Below are positions 26,706 through 39,432 of a stretch of 64,000 nt of DNA, in pieces. Both the position numbers and the translations under genes were made by a program. The stretch's first letter is position 1. Each line of letters begins with the position of its first letter. Under the pieces are notes generated by a model. That model saw only the letters and a list, made by a program, of their open reading frames with translations. It was not told where the DNA came from and made no database searches. Origin of the DNA: Octopus sinensis (taxonomy: Eukaryota); NCBI RefSeq assembly GCF_006345805.1, contig NC_042999.1:159712001-159776000 (forward strand), written 5' to 3'.

Positions 26706-26830
26706 GCGGCTATTGGTCAATTGCATCTCACGTGACACATCAAAACCAAAATGCATTCACACCTTTAGCAAGAAAGAATGCTAGTGGAACATTCCAATTA
26801 AAAATATCAACCTTTTCTGAAATCTATATA

Positions 26831-28121
26831 CGAGGAGCGTTCAATAAGTAATGCCTCTGACCCACTTGCAGTTGTTTGATCTAGCTGAAATTTTTCATGT
26901 GCAATTATTTATATCTCTATAGAGTAAGTGGCAAATTACAGCTCTGAACTAATTGTGGTTTCTGATTTACAGGTATTTGAACTGAGTCAAGTGTGAAATG
27001 GAGCCTGTTGAGTGTCGAGCAGTGATTCGGTTTTTGTATTTGAAAGGACGCACACCACGGGAGACTTTTGATGAAATGAAAGTAACTTATGGTGATGATG
27101 CCCCATCATATGACCTTGTAAAACGCTGGCATCGTGAATTCAAACATGGTCGGAACTCTGTGGAAACAGCTCCCAGATCTGGTCGCCCCCTTCTGCCATT
27201 GATGAGGCATCTGTCCGTCAAGTTGAGGCTGCCATTTTTGGAGATCGACGTATAACTATTCGCCAAATAGCCCATGAGGTCAAGATTAGTACCGGGTCTG
27301 TGGAAACTATCATTCATGACCATTTGCATATGCAAAAGGTGTCTGCCTGATGGATTCCCAGGTTGCTCACACCTTTCCAGAAGCAAGAACGCGTCGATTG
27401 CTCGAGGATGAATTTGGAGATGTGCAAAGAAGATGAGTCAAAATTTTTCAAAAGACTGATTACACAGGATGAAACCTGGCTCCATCACGATGATCCAGAG
27501 TCCAAAGCCCAGTCAATGCAGTGGAAGCACCGTGACTCACCTCCTCCAAAGAAGGCAAGGGTGCAGCCCTCCGCTGACAAGGTCAGGCTCACAGTCTTCT
27601 GGGACCAGGACGGATTAGTGATGACAGATTTCCTGGCAAAGGGTGCCACAATTACAGGAGTCTATTATGCTTCACTTTTGAGGAAATTAAGAGAAGCTAT
27701 CAAAATCAAGAGGCGGGGCAAGATCAGCAAAGGCATCCTCCTCCTGCAGGACAACGCTCCGATCCACAACTCGTGTGTCGCCAGATCAGAAGCACAGGCG
27801 TATGGCTATGAACTCCTCCCCATCCCCCCTACTTTCCTGACCTTGCACCCTCTGATTTTCACCTCTTCCCAGCCATGAAGTTATTTTTGAAAGGAAAGCG
27901 TTTCCCAAATGATGCAGCCTTGATTTCTGAAGTCACGTCGTGGTTGGAGGACCAAGATAGGATCTTCTACAAAAACGGTCTCCAGAGCTGCATCAAACGA
28001 TGGGAGAAATGCGTAACTCTGGGTGGTTCCTATGTAGAAAAAGACTAATAACTGTGCCAAGTTTCGTTGCTCTACTGCTATGGGAAGTGGGCCAGGGGCA
28101 TTACTTATTGAACGCCCCTCG
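26831..28121 (+). mobile_element. Second full-length copy of the same mariner, defective
   Basis: Same TIRs with TA TSD, highly similar to 10739-12026, different flanks; frameshifts and an in-frame TGA. Confidence 0.95.
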
Positions 28122-28845
28122 TATATGCAAATGTGTATGTGTGTGTATGTGTGTGTGTTTGAGAGAGAGAAAGGGAGAGAGAGAAAGAGCATCCAAATAC
28201 AACCGTTTACAAGCCTACGCACCTACACACTTTCCGTACATAATTATACGTAAATGCATTCACATTAGAACATAATTTAGCATTTATATCTATAAGATAA
28301 ACTCATAATCTGACGAACATCAGTAATGCAGGGATAAATAAAACACGATGTACAACATTCTAGCCGTAGTAATGATTTCTGCACTCATCAAGAATTAGGC
28401 AATTACCATTCAAGAAGCAATTATTCCAACCAATACATTAGCAATTTGCATTATCATAACAATCATCATTTCGAGAATCATTATAACTACTTGTTAATTA
28501 AGAGATGTCAGAAGCTTTTTTTTTTTTTGTTTTGTGCAAGTATAGAAGTTGTAAAATTAGATAATTTAGACTGTATCTGTTAAAGATGTGATAATACATA
28601 TGTTCAAGGAAATATTCCTTGCGTAAGAAAAGGAGATAGGGGAATCTAGCTAAAGATGGGTACTTAAATGATGAGTCATACCAAATGATATTCCTAGATT
28701 TATTCTAGTTAATTTTATGCTCGATAGAACCATTAAACACCTTTGTCTCGTTATAATAGGTCGAACGATTGTTGAGAATTTGCTGATTAGCTGACAAGCA
28801 AGATATATCAATTAGATATTTTTTGTCATTCTATGTTATTATGGT

Positions 28846-29152
28846 GGATGCGCAATGGACCAGTGGTTAAGGCAGCGGACTCGCGGTCGGAGGATTGCGG
28901 TTTCGATTCCCAGACCGAGCGTTGTGTGTGTTTATTGAGCGAAAATACCTAAAAGTTCCAGGAGACTCCGGCAGGGGGTGGTGGCGACCCCTGTTGTACT
29001 CTTTCGCCCCAACTTTCTCTCACTCTCTCTTCCTGTTTCTTCAGTAACGCTGCGATGGACTGACGTCCCGTCCAGCTGGGGGGAACACATACTCCACAGA
29101 AACCGGGAAACCGGGCCCATGAGCCTGGCTAGGCTTGAAAAGGGCGACGCTT
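28846..29152 (+). mobile_element. SINE family C head with tail type 2
   Basis: Head matches family C; diverges after ...CTCTCTTCCTGTT. Confidence 0.8.
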
Positions 29153-29301
29153 ATCGTTACATTTTATGTTACTATGATCGGTTTGAAAATTTCTCGTTTG
29201 AAAGTTTCGTTGAATTTCGTGAGATATAATATCCTATGAATAGATAGATTCGTCTGTGTACATACGCACACATAAATGTTCACTATGAGCGTACAGAAAT
29301 A

Positions 29302-29491
29302 GGGTGGCGAGCTGGCAGAAACGTTAGCTTAGCAGTATTTCGTCTGCCGTTACGTTCTGAGTTCAAACTCCACCGAGGTCGACTTTGCCTACCAGTTACG
29401 CACTGGGGCCAATGTAATCGCCTTAATCCCTTTGTCTGTCTTTGTTTGTCCCCTCTATGTTTAGCCCCTTGTGGGCAATAAAGAAATAAGT
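29302..29491 (+). mobile_element. SINE family B (internal deletion)
   Basis: Family match; TSD TACAGAAAT. Confidence 0.85.
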
Positions 29492-31805
29492 ATACAGAAA
29501 TTTTGGGATGTATATGCATGTGTGTGTGTGTGTGATGACATGTATTGCGTGTTTACATATCTGTTTGAAAGTATGTGTGTGAGAGAGCTTAAATATATGC
29601 ACGTGGATATCTACATAACTGAAGCTGAGTGTTCATTCGATTTTAGTCTACTCAATCTTTGATTCAGCGGTTTATGGTATCCAAATGGAAGCAATATATC
29701 TGATTGCAAATATAAACTGTAGAAGCAGAAATCTAATCTACTGCACTAATGTTGACATATAAGATATATATTGATCAGACAGGAAACTCATTATCGGAAC
29801 TACGTAAATACACCTGCAACAAATTAGGGCCATTGATGTCCATTTGATCCCAATAAGCAATACTCTAAAAACATGCGGCAATAAAATGGTTTTAATAATT
29901 CCATTTTAAAAACTGTACTGCTCAATTATTGAGAGGCTTAAACCCGTTCTGAGTAGGCGATAACACGAATTTAATATTGATTTGAATTTAATTTTATTCA
30001 AAAACTATAGTTGTATTGACAATGATATTAATTTGAATTTAATTTCATTTAGAAATATTTAATGCGGGACCAGTGTTTGTTGTATTATATGTTTTTTGAC
30101 ATTCGACTGTAGCCGAATCTTCTATCGGAGACACTGATTGCTTAAAATATTTATATGAATAATCACTGTTGATGTCAACTACGTTACCATATTACTCAAA
30201 TTGTAGCGTCAAAGTCACACTCTGGTTGTCTAAAATAACTTTCGTAAGCATCAACCTACTGGAGCCTATTGGATGATATTTAGATGGAAAATTTTACTAT
30301 TTCGCTACAATTGTCAATTGCAAAATGCATTAGTTGATTGTTAACGCGACCGCATAAACATTTATCCAGATTGTTATAAAACATGACAGTACTTGTAAAA
30401 TTATGAAAATGCAAAAATAAAATGTGAAGATCAGACTATGTTAGAATTACATTGACTGTTAAGTAAACACGACAAACCCCAAAAATAAACTGCAAAAGTA
30501 AAGACGTTTTTAACCATATGAAACGTATAGAGGGACAATGTAAAAACACCATTCAACCTAATTATGAGCTGCACCACTTACCCTACAGGAACGAATCGCA
30601 GAACGCTATAGAAGACACAATGAAATGGTAAAGAACATAACGGTACTGCATCGGCATGCCAAACAGAAACACAAAAGCTAAAACCAATGCTGAAGTAAAA
30701 TTTCTAAAACTGCGAGATAATTCTTTGTCTTTTCTCTCTCATATACTTCATGACGCTACTTCCTACAGACATTTCAGTAAAAACATTTCTTCAAATCCTA
30801 AGTTTAATCCAGCGTCGACCAAATTCTGTTGATTGGGTGTTTTGAAGAAACGGGAAGTTGAAGAAGAAAATTGGTTTTAATTTTCCTTTCGTCAATTGTA
30901 CCAAGTATGAACTTGTCCCACTTTCTTTCAACCAATGTATTCGTTTGTTGTGCACAATGTTGTTTTTTTAAATGAGGCAAAAACGATCATTGGAGATAGC
31001 TGCAGTACATGACAAGAACTATAACATAAAACTTGTTACATATTTCTTATAGTTAATTCCTCTGCTGAGATCCTTCTTCCAAGAAATTTAACAGTGTCTG
31101 TTTACTTGCTGTTATTGTAATTGTTTTCTTTGAACAAGTGTTATTAGGCGAATAACGGATACAAAGAGAAATTATGAGAAAAATCACACAAATTGACGAT
31201 CAAATATGTAGATATTATTTAGCAACTAGTGTATGAAGTAGAAAAAGAATCAATGAAAATATATCCATGTAACCAGAACTGAAGCAAACTTCTGAATCGA
31301 ACTAAAATGAGAAATATTATAACTCCAACTTGAATATATCTTCATAAATATGTAATTTTTATGGTTTCTTTTGAAAGTTCCAATGCTGCTTGTCATATCT
31401 TTTCAATCAAATTGAACAATGACTGACTTTTACTGTGATGTCTATTTCTTATCTCCGCCTTTCATTTCTTTGTCACTTTCTTTAAAAATACGCACGTGAA
31501 ATTTCATGTCTATGTTGTTGAATTAAGTTTCTGTTGTTGTTGATTTCTTTTGTTGTTAATGGCGTTGTTAATGTTTGAGCTGCTAAATTTGGGACAGTGT
31601 GATTACATTAGATCGTTTAGAATATTTTTGTCATTTATTGATATTGTTTAAAATATGAAGGTACAATTTGACAGCAATTCCTGTGGATCGAGCCACCATA
31701 CTCATTTTAAGTATTTCTTAATTATTCTTACACTGTAACTTGACTGAATATAAATAGCATACAAATTTCCTTCAAATTACGCCGAAGCAACTTCAACTAG
31801 GAAAA

Positions 31806-32935
31806 GTTACCACCCCACCACCCTACCTCTCCAATGCACCATTCTCCGAGCCTTCCGGCGACTCCAGTCCGACCCCTCCACCTCCCACAGCTTCCCTAAC
31901 CGACCCCTCTCCTCCTTCAAACGAACCCACAACCTACGAGACCTCTTGGTCCACAGCTTCTTCCTTAACCCAACCTCCCAACCCGGCTCGTTCCCCTGCT
32001 CCCGCCGCCCACGCTGCCGCACTTGCCATTACCTCTCCAACACCACCCTCCTCACAGGCACCCATCATCGACCCTGTCATATCACTGACTCTTTCACTTC
32101 TAGCAACGTCATCTACTGCATCTCCTACTCTCTCTGCCCTTCTCTATACACCGGTCAAATGGGACGCCACTTGGCTGATGGGTTCGCGGAACACCTCCGA
32201 GACATCCGACTCGGCAACGACACCCCGGTCTCGCGCCATTTCCACTCTACCGGTCACTCTTTACAACACCTGTCTGTGTTCGGATTGTCCTTGCATGAGG
32301 GTCATCCGGACTCCCGTCTCCGCTGTGAGCAAGGATCAATCTTCTCTTTTCGCTCCTTTGCGCCACATGGGCTCAACTCTCCTCCCCTCGTCATCTAACC
32401 CTCCTCCTCTCTTCATTTCACACCTACTCCCTCCCACCCCTTTCCTCTCTTGCTCTGGCACCTACTTCCTCTCTTCACTCCTACCCACCTTCTCCCTTCA
32501 TCGTCACCCCTCCCTCGTAACCCCACTCCTATACATTCCAACTCCATCATCCTTATGCAACTCATAGATCCCACCCTTGCTTCCCCCACACCACACCAGC
32601 GCACACACTAGCACTGACCACTTCCCAATACCATCATCCATACACCTACACATACACAAACGCACACGTCAATGTCACCAGCCCTCTTTCACACACACAC
32701 GCACGCGCACCTTCGTTTTGGGATCACCACTACGTTATTATCTCTCCTGTGTGACCCCTCTGTCCGGCATTCGCCATGATAGATCGCTAGCCACTATACC
32801 TTTTTCTATTTTCTCTCCCTGTTTATTTCTGTGGGAGAGCGTAGGCCCGAAACATAAAAGGCTTTCTCACTTCCCGAGCGTTAAAGTAATATATCCGTTT
32901 GTTGTTTGCACACCTGTCTTCGTCTTTTTGTAAAT
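31806..32935 (+). mobile_element. Penelope-like element 3' part: GIY-YIG endonuclease and 3' UTR with decayed hammerhead
   Basis: FKRTHNLRDLLVHS...CSRRPRCRTC...SSNVIYCI...YTGQMGR...EH...VSRHF; CTGTGGGAGAGCGTAGGCCCGAAAC at 32829-32853. Confidence 0.88.
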
Positions 32936-33297
32936 TCCCACTATCTATCTATCTATCTATATTATATATATATATATAATATATATAGCATTATGTATTA
33001 TATTAGTAGTAGAGTAGTAGTATAGGAGTAGTAGTAGTAGTAGTAGTAGTTCATTATTAAGGCAGCGAAGAGAGAGTTGTCTATAAATGCTTATCATATG
33101 GATTTCATTATAGGACAGCACTTCTGTGAAACGATTGTAAGATGCTTAAATAATTAATTCAAAACTTTTAAACCGTCATATACATTATATTTTATACTTG
33201 TACCATATTTAATGTATTATATTTTAATACAATAATTATTTTACACACATATATCTTTCTGAAGAACTTTTTTAATACTGATTTCTGATATTATTGA

Positions 33298-33352
<55 letters not shown>

Positions 33353-33478
33353 TATTCTATATATATATATATAACAATAAGGATACCTCTTAATAAGAAT
33401 CTTAACAAGAATTATCAGTAGATAGCGTGAAAAACCTCATAGAGAAAAAATTTCGAAAATATTCTTTCTTATTGAACA

Positions 33479-33824
33479 ATAATTTATATATAGAGGGCAT
33501 TATTATACATACATGCCACACGCTAAGAGGGACAAAAAGTCCTTCTACAAAAAATTTTACAACCTACCAAATGCAATTCTTCAAAGCAAGACATTTAAAA
33601 AATTAAGTCTTGTTCACCTGTGATTTCGTACTTACGTACTCATCACGTACTCATCAGCTGATGAGTACGTAAGTACGAAATCACAGTGATACAAGACTTA
33701 ATTTTTAAATGTCTTGCTTTGAAGAATTGCATTTGGTAGGATTAGTAAAATTTTTGGTAGAAATGACTTTTTGTCCCTCTTAGCGTGTGGCATGTATGTA
33801 TAATAATGCCCTCTATATATAAAT

Positions 33825-33827
<3 letters not shown>
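33479..33827. repeat. ~350-bp near-perfect spacer-less inverted repeat (foldback)
   Basis: The 33479-33657 arm is the reverse complement of 33658-33827 apart from a few substitutions/indels and an 11-bp duplication. Centre is CAG|CTG. Confidence 0.95.
33658..33691 (+). ncRNA. Canonical hammerhead core at the centre of a palindrome
   Basis: CTGATGA-GTAC-gtaa-GTAC-GAAA-TCAC-a-GTGA-TA. The local 5' strand of stem I is missing (replaced by the inverted arm). Confidence 0.55.
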
Positions 33828-33863
<36 letters not shown>

Positions 33864-34045
33864 TGTGTGTGTGTGTGTGTGTGTGTTACACATAAAGATA
33901 TTTTCTTTTCAAATCGCCATACAGCAGCACGAGGACAGACTGTTCATCTTCTGTAGCACATTTCCATTGCTTTCTTAGGCTGGTCTTTTCCTTCCCCAAC
34001 TGTTTCATTTTCCTGATCCTCCTGTTTGGTCCACAATTTCCTTTT

Positions 34046-34049
<4 letters not shown>

Positions 34050-34096
<47 letters not shown>

Positions 34097-34460
34097 AATA
34101 TACATAGATGTATATGCATATATATACACATATATGTAGATATGTATATATATATGTATATATGTATATTTACATACATATACAGATACGTATATATACA
34201 TATATATATACTTACACATACACATACATATACATACATGCACAAATATATATATGTATGCATATATGTGTATAAATATATATATGTGTATGTATGTGTA
34301 TGTATATATATGCATATACATGCATATATATATGTAGATACATAAATATATATACATATATATTTATATATACATACATATACAAATATATATACATACA
34401 TATATACATACATAAATATATATTTATATATACACAAATATATGTACACACATATATATG
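34050..34460. repeat. Degenerate (TA)/(CATA) microsatellite
   Basis: Direct reading. Similar tracts at ~19100-19395, 36425-36690, 52600-52970, 53280-53497 and 54440-54750. Confidence 0.95.
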
Positions 34461-34467
34461 TAAATAC

Positions 34468-34799
34468 TGCTTAGTGCATTAACTCTGATATTTTTCTCGA
34501 TCGGTCGATCTACTAGCGCAAGTCAGTCAATGGTGTTGGCTGAATTATATATAAAGCTCTAAGCTTTGTCAGTTCGTTCAGGGTTGCCCCTCTCAGCTAC
34601 ATCTGATCGACAAGGGTCAATAAACTCGAAACATCGATGTCTCAGATCCCTGTAAGAGGGCAACGCTGAACAAATGGGAACTTTTCAAAACAATTTACAG
34701 TAAGAGATTTTTTTCTCCACAGTAACTGCAGTGTATTTGCCTTCGACTAACCTAAATTCTGATTATACATAAACATTGCTTAGTGCATTTACTCTCATA
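34468..34799 (+). mobile_element. Second hammerhead-containing unit, 309-bp period
   Basis: 23-bp direct repeats TGCTTAGTGCATT(a/t)ACTCT(g/c)ATA at 34468-34490 and 34777-34799 around the motif at 34601-34647. Confidence 0.5.
34601..34647 (+). ncRNA. Hammerhead ribozyme-like motif, U3-A8 variant with U4C
   Basis: ATCTGA-TCGACAA-GGG-tcaataaa-CTC-GAAA-C-ATCGAT-GTC-TCAGAT: stem I 6 bp, palindromic helix III ACATCGATGT, GUC. Stem I extends to a 34576-34671 hairpin. Confidence 0.55.
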
Positions 34800-34800
34800 C

Positions 34801-34836
<36 letters not shown>

Positions 34837-35792
34837 GGCACCTGTGCAGGTGGCACGTAAAAAGCACCCACTACACTCATGGAGTGGTTGGCGTTAGGAA
34901 GGGCATCCAGCTGTAGAAACACTGCCAGATCAGACTGGAGCCTGGTGCAGCCTTCTGGCTTTCCAGATCCCTGGTCAAACCGTCCAACCCATGCTAGCAT
35001 GGAGAACGGACGTTAAACGATGACGATGATGATATATATTTATATATATATAAAAGCACCACCAACCAATCGTGGCCATTTGCCAGCCTGCTCTGGCTCC
35101 TGTGCCTCGTAAAAAACACCCACTACACTCACAGAGTGGTTGGCGTTAAGAAGGGCATCCAGCTGTAGAAACACTGCCAGATCGCACTAGAGCCTGGTGC
35201 AGCCTCCATGGCTTACCAGACCCCGGTTGAACCGTCCAACTCATGCTAGCATGGAAAACGGACGTTAAATGATGATGATGATGACGATATATATATATTT
35301 GTATGCGTATCTACATGTGTTTTACTGTTGCATGTAAGTATCTATGTAGATATGTATGTCCTACTATATGTGTGCATTTGCAAGCTTGCTGAAGTGTCTA
35401 ACAATTGTTAGATACTTTTTAGGAATGCCAGCTTCAAAATCTTTTCACTCTCTATTTTTCTCTTCCTCTTTCTTTCTCCTACCACTTATTCTCTGATTTT
35501 CTTTTTTTTCTTATTTCTGTAGCTTATAACAACTAAGTATATTATGTGCGTATTCAAAGCAATGAATAGCTTATGACGAAATCATTGTATGCTTTGCTTT
35601 CTGACTTTTTAATCATCTCATAATAATGACTTTTATTACTACCTCAGTTCTTCTAATTGTATATATCTGTCATTACCTTTCATAAAAAGCCTTTTCTTTT
35701 TTATTAACAATGTGCATTTTCGTTGATTTTTCTTATTTTCCCCTTACATTTTCACGTGTATTTTATATTTTCTTTTTGTAACATATTTCTAC

Positions 35793-35829
<37 letters not shown>

Positions 35830-36429
35830 CGATACCTACATATGCATTTGTATATATTTGTTTTGCCTGTATTTGTTTGTATAACTATGCAGGCATGTAC
35901 CAGCGTTTGCATTTTAGTGTATATATAGATTTGTTTTTGGCATGTGTATGTATTACTAAATGTATATGTATTTTATAATGTTATTTCTTTGTAAATGTTT
36001 TTATCTTAAATGGACATATCTTTTTAATTTAAATTTATTCTTACCATTAATTAATTTATCCTGGATATACACATTTTCTACCTTCTACTAAAGGTAATTT
36101 TTAAATGAAGGTTTTGTTTGATTTTTATAAGATTTTAAACCGCAATTGAAATTTAATATCACCTGCTATTGAAAAAACCATTATTTGAAAGGGCCAATGA
36201 AACAAAACCATTTTCAAATGTGTATCTATCAACATAATTGTATATATATATACATATATATACACATAACTATATTTTGTGCCATTCTCAACCAAAAGTG
36301 TAACTCTGAGTAACAGTTTTTGCGATGTCTTTGCAGCTTTATTAATAAAGCATATTACTATACCTCCAGTATTCGAATACTATTCTTTCCACCTTGTTTC
36401 ACATTTATGTGATTACTGTGGGGTGTGTG

Positions 36430-36580
<151 letters not shown>

Positions 36581-36582
36581 AT

Positions 36583-36679
<97 letters not shown>

Positions 36680-36687
36680 TATATATA

Positions 36688-36957
36688 TATCACGTGATCA
36701 CATGACCGAATAGACCATCGGATGTTGCTACACATTGCTGGTCAAAATGCATTTGCATTGTTTTAGCCTTCGGATGATGCCACCCCGCAGAAGAAAGAGT
36801 CGTGAAAGAGTACAGCAGGGATCACCACCCCCTACCGAAGCATCGTGGAGCTTTTAGGTGTTTTCGCTCAATAAACACAACGCCCGGTCTGGGAATCGAA
36901 ACCGCGATCCTCCGACCGCGAGTCCGCTGCCCTAACAACTGGGCCATTGTGCCTCCA
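36688..36957 (-). mobile_element. SINE family C, tail type 1
   Basis: Reverse-complement match. Confidence 0.85.
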
Positions 36958-39432
36958 CACACATAAGTTAGGCAGCAGTTTGGGAAAACTATAATTGTCA
37001 TTAAATTATATGTATACATGTCATATTTACAGCTGTTTACTGCCACTATGTTAGTATACAATTAAGTGCATTGACTACAGTATCAGAGCATTTTAGCTCT
37101 TATTTCTAGCATTGTAGGTGTTCCAACATCCTCAGTCATATTTAATGACAATTTTAGTTTTTCTTTTTGGTAATACATTGCTAAACCACTAGCTACTTTA
37201 ATTATTTCTATACACATTAGCGGTTCACTAAATCCTCCTTAGATTTCTATGGTGCAGACATGTATCCTGGAACTGATCTTGTCTGTAACCTGGCAAGCTG
37301 TGCCAATCCTACTGATGTTAAAGCCAAACCTGCCTGACAGAGTAGATATATCTCGACTGCCCCTTTCAGCCATTTATGATTGCTGTCAGTATGTATGTAT
37401 ACAATTATGTGCATCGACTGCAGCATCAGAGCATTTTAGCTCTTATTTCTAGCATTGTAGGTGTTGTAACACCCTCAGTCATATATATATATATATATAT
37501 ATCAAGATTAATCAGCCGAAATTGCGAGGATGATCCGGTTCTTGACTGAAGATTGAAGGCTTTGAATGTCCCGTGCATGTTTTTTGTATCATCTAAATGT
37601 TTTGCATTCTTGTCCCAGTTTGTATTTTTATACATACATACATACATATATATAAATCACGCGATCAACCAGACCATCAGATGTTGCTACACATCACTGG
37701 TCACAATGCTTTCGCATTGATTTAGCCTTCGAATGATGCCATCCAGCTGGCTAAGCGAGCAGGCCGATGGATGGATGGATGTATGTATGTATGTATGTAT
37801 GTATGAATGCATGCATGCATGCATGCATGACATCAACAAGTAAAAAACTTGCAGGCTTTGTATAACTGAGAGTGCACACAACCTCATTAAATTGAAAACT
37901 GCACCAACCTTCTAAACTTGACATCAGAAAGTTTTTAGGTATTATTAATATTATTTTGGTTGGTAAAGAGTAAAGGCTATAAATTTCCTTAAATTTCTGG
38001 TCTAACCTCTGAATTAATAATAAAAATAGAGTATTTAAAAATACCAAAACAAATATAGTCACCAGTCATACCAAGCTGGACAAAAGATTTAGATTTAAAA
38101 ATAGCAAATATTTATTTTTTTTCAAGTTTGTCAGCAGGGATACATTCACACAGCAGCCCCCTCTCTTTATCGTTCCCAACAGATGAATTAATTACAAATG
38201 ATATCAGAATGTTAACATTTGGGTTTTACAAAGTACTTAATGTTTTCAAAAATGCAAAATTTATTGAGGACATTTTGCAATATTTTGTAGCAGTATTTGA
38301 TATCAGTTCAACAGTGAAATATATAATAAAAAGATTTGAAAGGGAAAAAAACTTGACTTCATTTCTGTAAGACATGTTTATTAAAAATTTAGACAAAAAC
38401 TATTTGTCATCTGAAAATATAAAAATTTTACAATTGTCAGCAAAGGGGGTGGAAGCATTTCCTTTTTTTATAATATTTAATTCAAACCTATCATAAGTTA
38501 TCTGAATATTTCTGCAAAATGTCAACTAAAATATGTTTGAGTAAACAACAATATACAAACTACATGAAATAAATATTTAATTACATTCCAGTCCCTGGTG
38601 AAAATGATTAAATTATATTTCTTTCATTAAATGAGGTTTTCTATTATGTAAAAAATCCATGGAAAAATCTTTAATTATTTTTATTTGCTTTGTACTTTTA
38701 ATGAATAATTGCTTAAATGTGATTTAAAAATGTACAAATTTTCATTCACAATAACCAATTACACAATGCATCTCTGGTTGGAAATCTTACAAATGTAGCT
38801 GACCTTCCTTAATTGTTTGGCCGTTACAATGTACTATTTGTTATCAACAGACACTTTTTTACAGAAAGAATACGAGTTCCGAAGGTTTAGTTTTCTCAGA
38901 TTACATAGTTTTTAATACTGGCAGTGGTGCCAGTGTAACAGTTATTGGGTCAAACATTTTAAAAGAAAAATATTGCTAAGAGATATTTATTTAGATTTCA
39001 AGATATAAAAAAAAAAATAGGAAAAAATTCCAAATAAATTCATGGAATATTTATGAAAGTAAAGAATGACTTTGTTCAACAGCAATGTTTTTTGAAGACA
39101 CTGCTGCCATGTGAATTCATTCTTCAGTTTCATCGATGCACCAAGCACATAATACTTGCATACACATGTATGTACACAATGAAAATATATGCATGTGTAT
39201 GTGCATGTACACACAGATGCACTGGTGTCTTTGTGTAGGCGTGTGTGTGTGTGGTGTGTGTGTGTGTTGGCTGTGGTTAAATGCAGACATTAATCTGAAA
39301 AAAAATCTTAGCAAGGAACATTAACATCATGACACTGATAAGTGAAACTAAAAGGAACAGCCATAAGGAGCAGGCACAGTCATTCCAAGTAGAGAGGCAA
39401 CAGATAATTAGGTTGCATGTAGTCAAACGAAA

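Noticed and set aside
31050-31350. GPCR-like pseudogene
   Set aside because: Hydrophobic fragments lie in different frames with many stops and no diagnostic motif.
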